Below are positions 30,078 through 37,977 of a stretch of DNA of 64,000 nt, in pieces. The DNA is from a phage. The translations under genes were made by a program, and so were the position numbers. Every line of letters begins with the position of its first letter. Position 1 is the stretch's first letter. Under the pieces are notes generated by a model. The model saw only the letters and a list, made by a program, of their open reading frames with translations. It ran no database searches and had not been told where the DNA came from. The stretch lies in assembly GCA_036253055.1 (NCBI GenBank), contig GCA_036253055.1_4124.1, one strand, 5' to 3'.

Positions 30078-30336
30078 TCCTAGTACACCTTAGTGGGCGG
30101 GTCATTTGATGAAAGTACAGCTTACCTCTGATTTCCATTAGTAATTCATTTAATACGAGTTGTACCTCTTGTTCTTGATAGTTAGTTCCTAGCATAGCAC
30201 CCATTATCAACTCACGTATCATAATCATCTTCTTGTCGTGTTTGATTTCTTCGCTGTAATAGATTTCGGTGCGTTTAGTTGAGATTTTTGCACGTCGCTC
30301 GTTATATTCATCTTTACTTAAATTGATCATTTTCAT
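30070..30336 (-). CDS. Family-B paralog
   Basis: Motif MLGTNYQEQEV; start moved to internal ATG (MKMINLSKDEY). Confidence 0.55.
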   Translation of the reverse strand: MKMINLSKDEYNERRAKISTKRTEIYYSEEIKHDKKMIMIRELIMGAMLGTNYQEQEVQLVLNELLMEIRGKLYFHQMTRPLRCTRND

Positions 30337-30337
30337 G

Positions 30338-30568
30338 TTAATTACCCTTACATTTATTTTCAATACTATTCATGAGTTCTTTAAGATAGTTTTTTACCTT
30401 ACCTGCCTGATAGTTCGTCCCTAGAAAGTTGCACAACTCTGCTTCTATGATTTTGATTTTCCTGATATCAGGCTTCAATCTTTTGTTATTGAATATTTGA
30501 ATCCTTATATCTCTGGATGCATTTAAACGTTTTTGATATTCATGGTAAGTTAAATTAATCATTTTCAT
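30338..30568 (-). CDS. Family-B paralog
   Basis: Motif FLGTNYQAGKVKNYL. Confidence 0.6.
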   Translation of the reverse strand: MKMINLTYHEYQKRLNASRDIRIQIFNNKRLKPDIRKIKIIEAELCNFLGTNYQAGKVKNYLKELMNSIENKCKGN

Positions 30569-30783
30569 TTACGTTTAACCTCTCGCTGGAGGGAATCAAT
30601 TAACATCAGTACCGCATTCTCTTGATAGTTTGTTCCTAAGACTGAAAGCATCTTTATCTCATTTACTAAAATCAACTTCTTTGAGGGTTCAATAATGTGA
30701 CTATCATAAACGGCCTTACGTGCTGGATAAGTTTTCGCCAGTATAACATAAAATTCGTCTTTACTTAAATTAATCATTTGCAT
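30565..30783 (-). CDS. Family-B paralog
   Basis: Motif VLGTNYQENAVLMLI. Confidence 0.6.
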   Translation of the reverse strand: MQMINLSKDEFYVILAKTYPARKAVYDSHIIEPSKKLILVNEIKMLSVLGTNYQENAVLMLIDSLQREVKRK

Positions 30784-31031
30784 TTACTTTTAACCTCTTT
30801 CTGTAGTGCATCGATCCATAGGTCTACATAAGTGTGTTGATAGTTTGTGCCTAAGAGTGTTAAGACATAAAGTTCAGTTATCATTATATACTTTCGTTCT
30901 TCGGCAATTTTTTTATCCTTTTGAATCATTCTCCTTCTGATTCCACAGGTTTGTAGAAGCTTAACATATTCGAAACCTATTAATTTTCTCATTTTAAACT
31001 CACCGACTTCAGACGTAAGCTGCTTAACCAT
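30774..31031 (-). CDS. Family-B paralog
   Basis: Motif LLGTNYQHTYVDLWI; true start may be internal ATG near 30992. Confidence 0.55.
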   Translation of the reverse strand: MVKQLTSEVGEFKMRKLIGFEYVKLLQTCGIRRRMIQKDKKIAEERKYIMITELYVLTLLGTNYQHTYVDLWIDALQKEVKSKCK

Positions 31032-31249
31032 GCGTCTATGTAGATACTTTGATAGTTTGTCCCAATGAAGAGTAATAGCTTCATTTCAGCTATTATAACA
31101 CATCGGTCCGCTTCTGCAATAGAATTATCTAAAAAAGTCCACGAGACTTTTCCTTGTATAGTTCTTAACCTATTGTAATACTCATGCTCAGTCAGGATTT
31201 TCATTCTCACGTCTCCATATCTCGGTTCTAATGTGTTGGCAGTGTGCAT
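30989..31249 (-). CDS. Family-B paralog
   Basis: Motif FIGTNYQSIYIDAWL; true start may be internal ATG near 31204. Confidence 0.55.
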   Translation of the reverse strand: MHTANTLEPRYGDVRMKILTEHEYYNRLRTIQGKVSWTFLDNSIAEADRCVIIAEMKLLLFIGTNYQSIYIDAWLSSLRLKSVSLK

Positions 31250-31451
31250 CGATGAACATATCTATAGATTTGGTAATTGCTGTTTTATCAGTGCCTGTCA
31301 TCAGTACAAGCATCTCTGCCTCACTATGAATTAAACGCATGATATCATAGGGTAATATTTCAGATACTGTATCATAGTGTTTTTGTCCTAGATTCTGTAA
31401 TAGTTTAAAATACATTTTGTGATTTAGTCTTTGTTGCATTGTCTCTTCCAT
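31188..31451 (-). CDS. Family-B-like paralog (degenerate)
   Basis: Motif MTGTDKTAITKSIDM; start ambiguous. Confidence 0.5.
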   Translation of the reverse strand: MEETMQQRLNHKMYFKLLQNLGQKHYDTVSEILPYDIMRLIHSEAEMLVLMTGTDKTAITKSIDMFIDAHCQHIRTEIWRRENENPD

Positions 31452-31696
31452 TCTCTTTGGGCTTGGCGGGTTTTATCTGATATTTCGTTTCTCAGTGCAG
31501 AGATATATCGTTGAGTGAACAGTTCTTGATAGTTTGTTCCAATGAATTTCATAAGATAAACATCACCGTTGATAACATCCAATTCAGGTGCACCATGTAA
31601 TGCATAGTTTTTTCTAAGGGTGTTAAGAAGAGAGAAGAGGGCAGTCTGATACTCAGTGCTTGATAAAGTCTTCATATTTTTCCACAATTCGTTCAT
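31424..31696 (-). CDS. Family-B paralog
   Basis: Motif FIGTNYQELFTQRYI; start ambiguous. Confidence 0.55.
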   Translation of the reverse strand: MNELWKNMKTLSSTEYQTALFSLLNTLRKNYALHGAPELDVINGDVYLMKFIGTNYQELFTQRYISALRNEISDKTRQAQREWKRQCNKD

Positions 31697-31910
31697 TTAG
31701 TTTTATCTGTATAAGATCCATTAGTTGTTCAAGATAATCGGTACAATATTTCTCTTGATATTGGGTTCCCACAAAGTACAGCAACCATAGCTCATGAACT
31801 TTAACTTTCATCTCGTTCCATGAAAGTTCACCGTCATCGTAGATTAGTCTTGCTTCTGGGGTGAGCTTTCGAATTCTAAGTGAATATTCATCGTTCGTCA
31901 AGTGTTTCAT
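31653..31910 (-). CDS. Family-B paralog
   Basis: Motif FVGTQYQEKYCTDYL. Confidence 0.6.
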   Translation of the reverse strand: MKHLTNDEYSLRIRKLTPEARLIYDDGELSWNEMKVKVHELWLLYFVGTQYQEKYCTDYLEQLMDLIQIKLNERIVEKYEDFIKH

Positions 31911-32065
31911 TTACATTTATCCCTTATTAGATTTGTGAGTGCAACTATGTGTTCATGGACATAAAAATTCTGATGAGAAGTTCCAAGAAAGTACAGCATC
32001 CATCCCTCACTCTGCTCGACTTTTAGTTTAGTATCGAGTTGGTCAGATATGTTAATGAAAACCAT
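31907..32065 (-). CDS. Family-B paralog (52 aa, below track cutoff)
   Basis: Not in track; ORF MVFINISDQL...YFLGTSHQNFYVHEHIVALTNLIRDKCK; stop/start overlaps with neighbours. Confidence 0.5.
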   Translation of the reverse strand: MVFINISDQLDTKLKVEQSEGWMLYFLGTSHQNFYVHEHIVALTNLIRDKCK

Positions 32066-32289
32066 TAGTTCTTTTCCTTTCTTTCTATTTGTTTCATAAG
32101 AACATTGATATACTCACCCGCAAACCTATTCTGATACTGCGTCCCCATGAATTCCAACATCCATACTTCAGCAACCTTTTCTTCAATTTCAGTCCATTGT
32201 AAGTACATCATAGTGAAGTAAATGGTGTTCTCTTTTTTTCTGGCACTCTTAGCACGGGCCTCGTATTCAAAGTTATTAATGATGTTCAT
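32065..32289 (-). CDS. Family-B paralog
   Basis: Motif FMGTQYQNRFAGEYI. Confidence 0.6.
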   Translation of the reverse strand: MNIINNFEYEARAKSARKKENTIYFTMMYLQWTEIEEKVAEVWMLEFMGTQYQNRFAGEYINVLMKQIERKEKN

Positions 32290-32503
32290 TACATTTGTCC
32301 ATTATGTAATTAGTGAGTGCAACGATGTGCTCATGAACATAGCCTTCTTGGAAGTTAGTCCCCAGTACAGCCAACATGCGAATCTCGGTGGTGTTTATCC
32401 TGTGTTCCCTTATAGATAAACATTCTTTTTGTGGAAGTGTAAAATATTTGTTTATTACAGCAATGATAATTTTATTCTTCTCTATATTACTTAAATGTTT
32501 CAT
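32276..32503 (-). CDS. Family-B paralog
   Basis: Motif VLGTNFQEGYVHEHI. Confidence 0.6.
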   Translation of the reverse strand: MKHLSNIEKNKIIIAVINKYFTLPQKECLSIREHRINTTEIRMLAVLGTNFQEGYVHEHIVALTNYIMDKCNEHH

Positions 32504-32715
32504 AGTTTGCTCCTGACGTATTTCTCAAGAGATGACAAATACTTTTCCTCATAATACTCCTGATAGTCTGTTCCCAAGAATGCACCCAAAAGTATTTCAT
32601 TTTCCAATACCTCGGCTAAGTTTAAATCAGAAGTCTCTTCGTATATTATGAGGATTTCAAGTTGTCTGGCAGCGATGCGTTCAGTATATTGATATGATTT
32701 TTCTAGAATAATCAT
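32500..32715 (-). CDS. Family-B paralog
   Basis: Motif FLGTDYQEYYEEKYL. Confidence 0.6.
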   Translation of the reverse strand: MIILEKSYQYTERIAARQLEILIIYEETSDLNLAEVLENEILLGAFLGTDYQEYYEEKYLSSLEKYVRSKL

Positions 32716-32924
32716 AGTTTACTCTTAATGTGGTTCTGAAGTGCAATAAAGTATTCTCCTACATAATACTCCTGAAAGTCTGTATCCAAAAATGCACCCA
32801 TAAGTAAATCCTTCTCCATTACCCTTGATAAGTTAAGATCTGCATTTGAAAGGTATATAAGTAATATTTCAGCCTGGACAGATTTAAAACGTTTCTTATA
32901 TTCTTCAGGTGTTAATATAATCAT
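32712..32924 (-). CDS. Family-B paralog
   Basis: Motif FLDTDFQEYYVGEYF. Confidence 0.6.
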   Translation of the reverse strand: MIILTPEEYKKRFKSVQAEILLIYLSNADLNLSRVMEKDLLMGAFLDTDFQEYYVGEYFIALQNHIKSKL

Positions 32925-33130
32925 AGTTTACTCTTAATATCTTCTATTAAAAATCGAATCCAATCTTGAACATACTCTTCCTGATGGTTTGTGTTCAGTA
33001 CAGCCAACATACGGATCTCTGCTCTTGCAACTTCAATTTCAGTTTTAGGAAGGTCTTTGCTGATATCCACCATTAAGTCCATGTATTTCAAGATAAGACC
33101 GTATGATTGGGTTCGTGTTATAGTTTTCAT
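32921..33130 (-). CDS. Family-B paralog
   Basis: Motif VLNTNHQEEYVQDWI. Confidence 0.6.
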   Translation of the reverse strand: MKTITRTQSYGLILKYMDLMVDISKDLPKTEIEVARAEIRMLAVLNTNHQEEYVQDWIRFLIEDIKSKL

Positions 33131-33327
33131 TGTTTCCTCGTGGACAAAATTTCATTTTTCAATGTATCCACATATTTCGTTACCCATGCATCCTGATAGT
33201 TAGTTCCCAATGTAATCAAAAGGTATAACTCCATTCGTTCTACGTGTGAGTCTGTATTATAAATCTTTGTGAAGTTTTTACGTAACAGTGCTTGATATTC
33301 TTTTTCGGTTAATTTACGCATTTTCAT
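33127..33327 (-). CDS. Family-B paralog
   Basis: Motif TLGTNYQDAWVTKYV. Confidence 0.6.
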   Translation of the reverse strand: MKMRKLTEKEYQALLRKNFTKIYNTDSHVERMELYLLITLGTNYQDAWVTKYVDTLKNEILSTRKQ

Positions 33328-33521
33328 AGTTTACTCGTTACATCTTCAATTAAATACCAAATCCAATCCTTGACATACCTTTCCTGATAGTTAGTCCCAA
33401 TGAATAGTGCCATAATTAATTCACGCTTATAGGCAATACCACGGTCATGTGACTTATACATTATCATAGCCATGTTATTGATAAGTCTTTCGTGGTGTTC
33501 TGCTTGAGTTAAAATACGCAT
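33324..33521 (-). CDS. Family-B paralog (first gene of array)
   Basis: Motif FIGTNYQERYVKDWI; start moved to ATG 33521 (SD AAGGGAG); promoter just upstream. Confidence 0.6.
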   Translation of the reverse strand: MRILTQAEHHERLINNMAMIMYKSHDRGIAYKRELIMALFIGTNYQERYVKDWIWYLIEDVTSKL

Positions 33522-33551
33522 AGGGACTCCCTTGAAAATAATATCAATCAT

Positions 33552-33579
33552 ATAATATATGAATTGTATAAAAAGTCAA
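33552..33579 (-). promoter_or_regulatory. Sigma70-like promoter (TTGACT-N16-TATTAT) heading the family-B array
   Basis: Hexamers on minus strand ~25 nt upstream of SD/ATG at 33521. Confidence 0.5.
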
Positions 33580-33599
33580 TAACATTTTATTCGTAATAC

Positions 33600-33770
33600 C
33601 CCTTTATCGAAGTCGCTAAGGTTACCCGCCCTTTAGCCCCCTACGCATTTTGCCATAGTCCAATCCCTTTTATTTTAAAAAAGTCAAGGGATTACCTATG
33701 CATTTTTTTAACGCATTATTTTAAAAACGCCTTGACTTTTTTCTGAATCAGTACTAGATCCCTTTACGCA
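33600..33770. promoter_or_regulatory. Intergenic control region with 13-bp inverted repeat and repeated ACGCATT motifs
   Basis: AAAAAAGTCAAGG ...(~40 nt)... CCTTGACTTTTTT; ACGCATT-like motif four times. Confidence 0.4.
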
Positions 33771-33980
33771 TTAATCCTTCGTTACGCTAACGATTATCTG
33801 TGTATCCCCGTAGTCCTGCCATACTTCCACGCCATCCGTCGCCCTGGTTAGTCGTGCTGTCATCTGCTTAACAGTCTTAGGCTTTAGTGGAACCTGTTGC
33901 AGTACTGTACGCATAGCATCACTGACGTTATCATGTACGCCAGCAATAGTACCTAGAACGCTGTATACTGTATAGAACAT
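33771..33980 (-). CDS. Hypothetical protein (69 aa)
   Basis: SD AGGAGGG before ATG; perfect hairpin AGGCCGCTctctAGCGGCCT upstream. Confidence 0.55.
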   Translation of the reverse strand: MFYTVYSVLGTIAGVHDNVSDAMRTVLQQVPLKPKTVKQMTARLTRATDGVEVWQDYGDTQIIVSVTKD

Positions 33981-34048
33981 ATGTATGCCCTCCTGATATA
34001 GTTAAGGCCGCTAGAGAGCGGCCTATGATGTTTGGTGATGTGTAATGC

Positions 34049-34450
34049 TTACAGCCCTAAGATAGTGCGTGCTTCGTTACGTTCCGTCCATAGCTGCATG
34101 ATGTGAGCAAGTAAGTCCTTACTAATGTATCCGGTGTTCATAGCTTCACGGATAGATACATCATAAGCACCGAACCCCGTGCGAACGATACGCACATCAT
34201 TTAGGTTAGTGTTATAGATACCGCCAAGATCAACGGCTTCGAATACTGCATCAACTGAATACTCATTGTTACCATCGTTGAAGTTTTCTAGTGCAATAGT
34301 ATTGGATACCGCCCAACGTTTGCAGTTTCCAATGATGCGGCATTGTTCCGGTTGGAGAGTGCCATTACTTACAGCGTACTCCAGTGCATCTTTACCAAAA
34401 GTCCGAGCCAGTACTAAAACGTCAGCGAAGGAAGTGATTGAGAAGGTCAT
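34049..34450 (-). CDS. Hypothetical protein (133 aa)
   Basis: Start set at ATG 34450 (SD AAGGAG); track start 34483 lies in the cassette hairpin loop. Confidence 0.6.
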   Translation of the reverse strand: MTFSITSFADVLVLARTFGKDALEYAVSNGTLQPEQCRIIGNCKRWAVSNTIALENFNDGNNEYSVDAVFEAVDLGGIYNTNLNDVRIVRTGFGAYDVSIREAMNTGYISKDLLAHIMQLWTERNEARTILGL

Positions 34451-34468
34451 GATAAAACTCCTTAATTT

Positions 34469-34532
34469 AGGAGGGAGAACCATTTCCCCCTCTCTATGTA
34501 AAACATTATACTTGATTCTAAGTACAATGCAA
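34469..34532 (-). promoter_or_regulatory. Class-1 cassette: TTGCAT-N16-TATAAT + GTTTTACAT + hairpin
   Basis: Read on minus strand; hairpin abuts SD of gene 34049-34450. Confidence 0.6.
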
Positions 34533-34539
34533 GTACTTT

Positions 34540-34866
34540 TTACATTTTAATTCCTGGATTCAGGTAACGATGTGATCCGTATTCTGGATCGGTTTCGGTC
34601 CAGTACTGTAAATCGATAGTACCTTTAGCGTTAATCTTGTCTACCAGCTTATTCATCTTACTGTAGACTACTTCGCTAGGGATGTAGTGTAATCCTTTAT
34701 TATAGAAGTAGTGGTTAGCTTCACTATCGTTTAAGATATAGCGTGCACCGTTTGCGGTTTGTGCAACAATGAAAGAGTATTCTACTTCCCGATCATTACC
34801 ATCAACAGTAATGCGGTCGAAATTGGTACGGATGAAAGCTTTAACGATAGCGATTGAAGTACTCAT
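34540..34866 (-). CDS. Hypothetical protein (108 aa)
   Basis: SD AGGAG; cassette upstream. Confidence 0.6.
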   Translation of the reverse strand: MSTSIAIVKAFIRTNFDRITVDGNDREVEYSFIVAQTANGARYILNDSEANHYFYNKGLHYIPSEVVYSKMNKLVDKINAKGTIDLQYWTETDPEYGSHRYLNPGIKM

Positions 34867-34886
34867 GGTGAATCTCCTAACTTTGT

Positions 34887-34948
34887 GGGCCGTCGCACCA
34901 TTGCCGCCCTACGAGATACATTATTGCAGTACTGATATACTTTGTCAA
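34887..34948 (-). promoter_or_regulatory. Class-1 cassette (TTGACA-N17-ATAATG + GC-rich hairpin)
   Basis: Minus-strand promoter hexamers with AGTACT in spacer. Confidence 0.5.
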
Positions 34949-34966
34949 TACTTTTTCTATTAAAAT

Positions 34967-35182
34967 TTATTTACAGAACTGTAGCCCGACTGTGTTCGGA
35001 TAGTACACACATCTTTCACGCTTACCGCTAAACGCAGATATCCAGGATAATTTGTATGCCACTGGTTCCGGTGCAAGAGGATTATTTGAATAATCGAGAA
35101 CTTTAACAATTAAACGGTCCCCAACATACCAGCCAGTTGACTCTTTGATACGGTCGATAATTTCTTGTTTGGTTAACGCCAT
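34967..35182 (-). CDS. Hypothetical protein (71 aa)
   Basis: Start moved to ATG 35182 (MALTKQEI); track start is a GTG inside the cassette. Confidence 0.55.
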   Translation of the reverse strand: MALTKQEIIDRIKESTGWYVGDRLIVKVLDYSNNPLAPEPVAYKLSWISAFSGKRERCVYYPNTVGLQFCK

Positions 35183-35204
35183 TTTATATCTCGCTCTTTT
35201 GGAG

Positions 35205-35265
35205 GTGGGCTGCACTATTGCCGCCCTACGAGATACATTATCTCAGTACTGATATACTTTGTCAA
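35205..35265 (-). promoter_or_regulatory. Class-1-like cassette (TTGACA, weak -10, GC-rich hairpin)
   Basis: Near-duplicate of cassette at 34887-34948. Confidence 0.45.
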
Positions 35266-35289
35266 TACTTTTTTTGAAATAGTTTTGAG

Positions 35290-35440
35290 TACTGGCATTA
35301 CATCCACCAGCAGATAGTTACTCACCGTTATTAACTATCTTATAGATACTTCTCTGCACCCTGTGGGCTAGTTTTTGTCTATGCGTATATAATAGCAAAG
35401 GGACTGACCGGAGTCAATCCCTTTTTTTTATTCTTTTTTG
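35290..35440 (-). repeat. Intergenic repeat copy A (conserved element + intrinsic terminator)
   Basis: ~150-nt unit shared with copies at 37.2, 40.1 and 44.1 kb; terminator GGGACTGACcggaGTCAATCCC + T-run. Confidence 0.6.
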
Positions 35441-35641
35441 TTAGATGATTCTCCAATCTTCTACCAGGATTTTAATATACCGTACCAGTGATTCGAGTGA
35501 TTCCACTTCCCGATAATCGGTAGCCGTTTGCACTGTACAAGTACAGCCGATCAAGCCATTGCCAAGCTCTTTGATCTGTACATCGATGCAGTTGGCTTTT
35601 GCTTCATTCAGTACTGCAACCAATTCGTTAGCGATTGACAT
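35441..35641 (-). CDS. Hypothetical protein (66 aa)
   Basis: SD AGGAG; cassette upstream. Confidence 0.6.
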   Translation of the reverse strand: MSIANELVAVLNEAKANCIDVQIKELGNGLIGCTCTVQTATDYREVESLESLVRYIKILVEDWRII

Positions 35642-35661
35642 AATGTTTTACTCCTAAAGGT

Positions 35662-35722
35662 GCGGGAGAACTATTCCCCCGCTCTATGTAAAACATTATA
35701 CATTATCTTGTAGTACTGTCAA
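35662..35722 (-). promoter_or_regulatory. Class-1 cassette (TTGACA-N16-TATAAT + GTTTTACAT + hairpin CGGGGGAAtagTTCTCCCG)
   Basis: Read on minus strand. Confidence 0.6.
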
Positions 35723-35729
35723 ATAGTTT

Positions 35730-35987
35730 TTATGAAATATCTTCGATATAGTCGGCCCATGTCATTTGTTCAGTACTATCTAGTGCACCAGGATTATTTG
35801 GATCAAACCATTCGCCATCCCCTAAGTACATTGCAGCCGCTACCGCTTTATAGCCATTATAGGCGTTATTCCACTGCATAGCACGATAGATACGGCCTTT
35901 GATTGGTGTCTGTACTGGTAATGTTTTATGGTCTTCTACGTAGGCCATAGCTTGAGGATTTACCCGATATTGTGTGAACTGTTCCAT
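35730..35987 (-). CDS. Hypothetical protein (85 aa)
   Basis: Start moved to ATG 35987 (MEQFTQ; SD AAGGGGAA); promoter TTGACA-N17-TGTAAT upstream. Confidence 0.5.
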   Translation of the reverse strand: MEQFTQYRVNPQAMAYVEDHKTLPVQTPIKGRIYRAMQWNNAYNGYKAVAAAMYLGDGEWFDPNNPGALDSTEQMTWADYIEDIS

Positions 35988-36062
35988 TATGTTTCCCCTT
36001 GTAGTTAGTAAAGTTATTACATCAGTACTATCACGCATTGTCAATAGTACTGAAATAAAACT

Positions 36063-36287
36063 TTAGATTAGATTATTGATGCCGTTGATGGTAGACTCGC
36101 TTTCTTCTTTCTCCCATTGGCGGTAATACTTCCATGCTTCATGATAGGTGGCGATCAGTTCATCTTTTTGATCCTGAGTACATGCCAGTACTGAATCACT
36201 GTAAGCGGTGTTATAGATAGAATCAAATGATTTCTTCTCTTCTGCCAGGGTAGCTACTTCCCGCATCAGTTCATCAAAGTTAGCCAT
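36063..36287 (-). CDS. Hypothetical protein (74 aa)
   Basis: SD AAGGAG; cassette upstream. Confidence 0.6.
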   Translation of the reverse strand: MANFDELMREVATLAEEKKSFDSIYNTAYSDSVLACTQDQKDELIATYHEAWKYYRQWEKEESESTINGINNLI

Positions 36288-36306
36288 TTTAGTACTCCTT
36301 ATTAGT

Positions 36307-36363
36307 GGGGGAGGATATCTCCCCCTATGTAAAACATTATACTTTGTTTTACTTACAATGCAA
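36307..36363 (-). promoter_or_regulatory. Class-1 cassette (TTGCAT-N16-TATAAT + hairpin GGGGGAGgatatCTCCCCC)
   Basis: Read on minus strand. Confidence 0.6.
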
Positions 36364-36370
36364 GTACTTT

Positions 36371-36562
36371 TTAAATTTTATTTCCGATATAGTCCGGCCT
36401 GTTCTTTTCGGTCATACGCTTAAGCATTTTTTGCATATGGCTTATTGCTTGTAGTGTATCCTCTTCCAGCGATGAATCAAGATAATCAGGATCATTCTTC
36501 ACCTTACAATGATTATGATAGCGTAGTACTGCCAGTACTTTTTTAACTTCTTCTACTGTCAT
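36371..36562 (-). CDS. Hypothetical protein (63 aa)
   Basis: ATGA overlap with upstream gene, co-transcribed. Confidence 0.5.
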   Translation of the reverse strand: MTVEEVKKVLAVLRYHNHCKVKNDPDYLDSSLEEDTLQAISHMQKMLKRMTEKNRPDYIGNKI

Positions 36563-36831
36563 AATAAGTATTCCACTTCGTTTGCTTTCAGGTTAGTATC
36601 AATCATCAGTGGTTTTTTGTAGTCCACAAAACGATTAGTTTTCTCGATAGCGAAGCCCATATAATCCAGTTTGCTTACAGTACATTCATTCTTAAAAACT
36701 TCTTTCGCTGCATTGATGGCTGATTCAATTGATAACCGCCCATCTAAATTAATGTTACCAAATGATCCACCAGCAGAAGTAGGATTACCGTTCATATCTT
36801 TAATAATCATAGTAGCGGAGTAGCTGGACAT
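36559..36831 (-). CDS. Hypothetical protein (90 aa)
   Basis: SD AAAGGAAA; cassette upstream. Confidence 0.6.
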   Translation of the reverse strand: MSSYSATMIIKDMNGNPTSAGGSFGNINLDGRLSIESAINAAKEVFKNECTVSKLDYMGFAIEKTNRFVDYKKPLMIDTNLKANEVEYLL

Positions 36832-36852
36832 AATTTTGTTTCCTTTTATTGG

Positions 36853-36912
36853 TGGGGAGAGCTATTCTCCCCTTGATGTAAACTATTATACAGTACTGAT
36901 ATACTTTGTCAA
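36853..36912 (-). promoter_or_regulatory. Class-1 cassette (TTGACA-N16-TATAAT + AGTTTACAT + hairpin GGGGAGAgctaTTCTCCCC)
   Basis: Read on minus strand. Confidence 0.6.
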
Positions 36913-36915
36913 TAC

Positions 36916-37137
36916 TTAATTACGTTTAAAATGATATGTACCGTTATCATCCTGTACGCCCCATACTGATTTACCATCAACACCAGTGAAGCCGGATTGT
37001 AATTCAATATGGAAACCGTTAGCATCAACGACGAAAACTTTTTTATTTTCATCCCGATAGCATTGATATTCTTCACCTGCTTTAAATGCTGCATCATTCA
37101 GAAGATTTGAAGCGTGAACGCAGGTCATAGTAGTCAT
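36916..37137 (-). CDS. Hypothetical protein (73 aa)
   Basis: Start moved to ATG 37137 (MTTMTC, SD AAAGGAA); track N-terminus MFYIERG... is translated cassette. Confidence 0.6.
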   Translation of the reverse strand: MTTMTCVHASNLLNDAAFKAGEEYQCYRDENKKVFVVDANGFHIELQSGFTGVDGKSVWGVQDDNGTYHFKRN

Positions 37138-37160
37138 CGTCTTGATTCCTTTTAGTACCA

Positions 37161-37220
37161 GGGAGAACCATTTCCCCCTCTCGATATAAAACATTATACG
37201 CTCATTGAGATAGTTTGCAA
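37161..37220 (-). promoter_or_regulatory. Class-1 cassette (TTGCAA-N16-TATAAT + hairpin)
   Basis: Read on minus strand. Confidence 0.6.
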
Positions 37221-37224
37221 GTAC

Positions 37225-37360
37225 TTTTTATAAAATAGTTTTCAGTACTGAATACTTATATAATAGATACACTTCCGCACCCTATGGGTCAGTGAGTTAT
37301 CTCTCAATGAATATATAATAGCAAAGGGACTGACTGGAGTCAATCCCTTTTTTAATCTTT
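37225..37360 (-). repeat. Intergenic repeat copy B (conserved element + intrinsic terminator)
   Basis: Element CCGCACCCTATGGGTCAGTG; terminator GGGACTGACtggaGTCAATCCC + T6. Confidence 0.6.
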
Positions 37361-37361
37361 T

Positions 37362-37946
37362 TTATCGTGTTATAGTTATCGCGTTAACATCACGTTTTTT
37401 ATAGTACTGATTCCAGATATTGCGGGTTAAACCGTAATCAAGTACTTTAATCAAGCCGTTGCGATCCTGGCCGATATTCTGTTTTCTGATATCTCTTATC
37501 GTTAGTGTGGATAATGTATCATCAACGTGATTGAGAGCATCAGCGAAATGGTGATGGCGTTCTACCGTATTACGTTTAATATTGTACTTTAACTCATTGC
37601 ACGCGTTTACATGCTTTACACTGCCTTTGCTTGCAGTACTCAAACGATCCATAACAATAAACAGATTATCAGGATCGCATAAATGCATATGCACTTTAGC
37701 AAAGTACTGTTTAAGGTGCGGACGGTCATAATCTAAAAAATTCCATACCTTACATTCAGTTTCATTTTGTTCTACACCCGCATCACAATTCGCGACCTTA
37801 ATCACTAACCGATCATTTAAAGCGAATACAATACGGGAAGAACCCGCACCGACGATCTCCAGTCCAGCTAACCGACAAGCTGAAAGGATCTCTTTGTTGG
37901 TTTCCATTGCATGAAGTGAACGGATGAATTTAGTATAGTTACGCAT
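37362..37946 (-). CDS. Putative protein-kinase-like protein (194 aa)
   Basis: Gly-rich loop VGAGSSRIVF, beta3 Lys in LVIKVA, catalytic-loop-like DIRKQN, DFG-like DYG; SD AAGGAG; start at ATG 37946. Confidence 0.5.
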   Translation of the reverse strand: MRNYTKFIRSLHAMETNKEILSACRLAGLEIVGAGSSRIVFALNDRLVIKVANCDAGVEQNETECKVWNFLDYDRPHLKQYFAKVHMHLCDPDNLFIVMDRLSTASKGSVKHVNACNELKYNIKRNTVERHHHFADALNHVDDTLSTLTIRDIRKQNIGQDRNGLIKVLDYGLTRNIWNQYYKKRDVNAITITR

Positions 37947-37977
37947 TGTGTTGACTCCTTGAGTTAATGAAACTATA

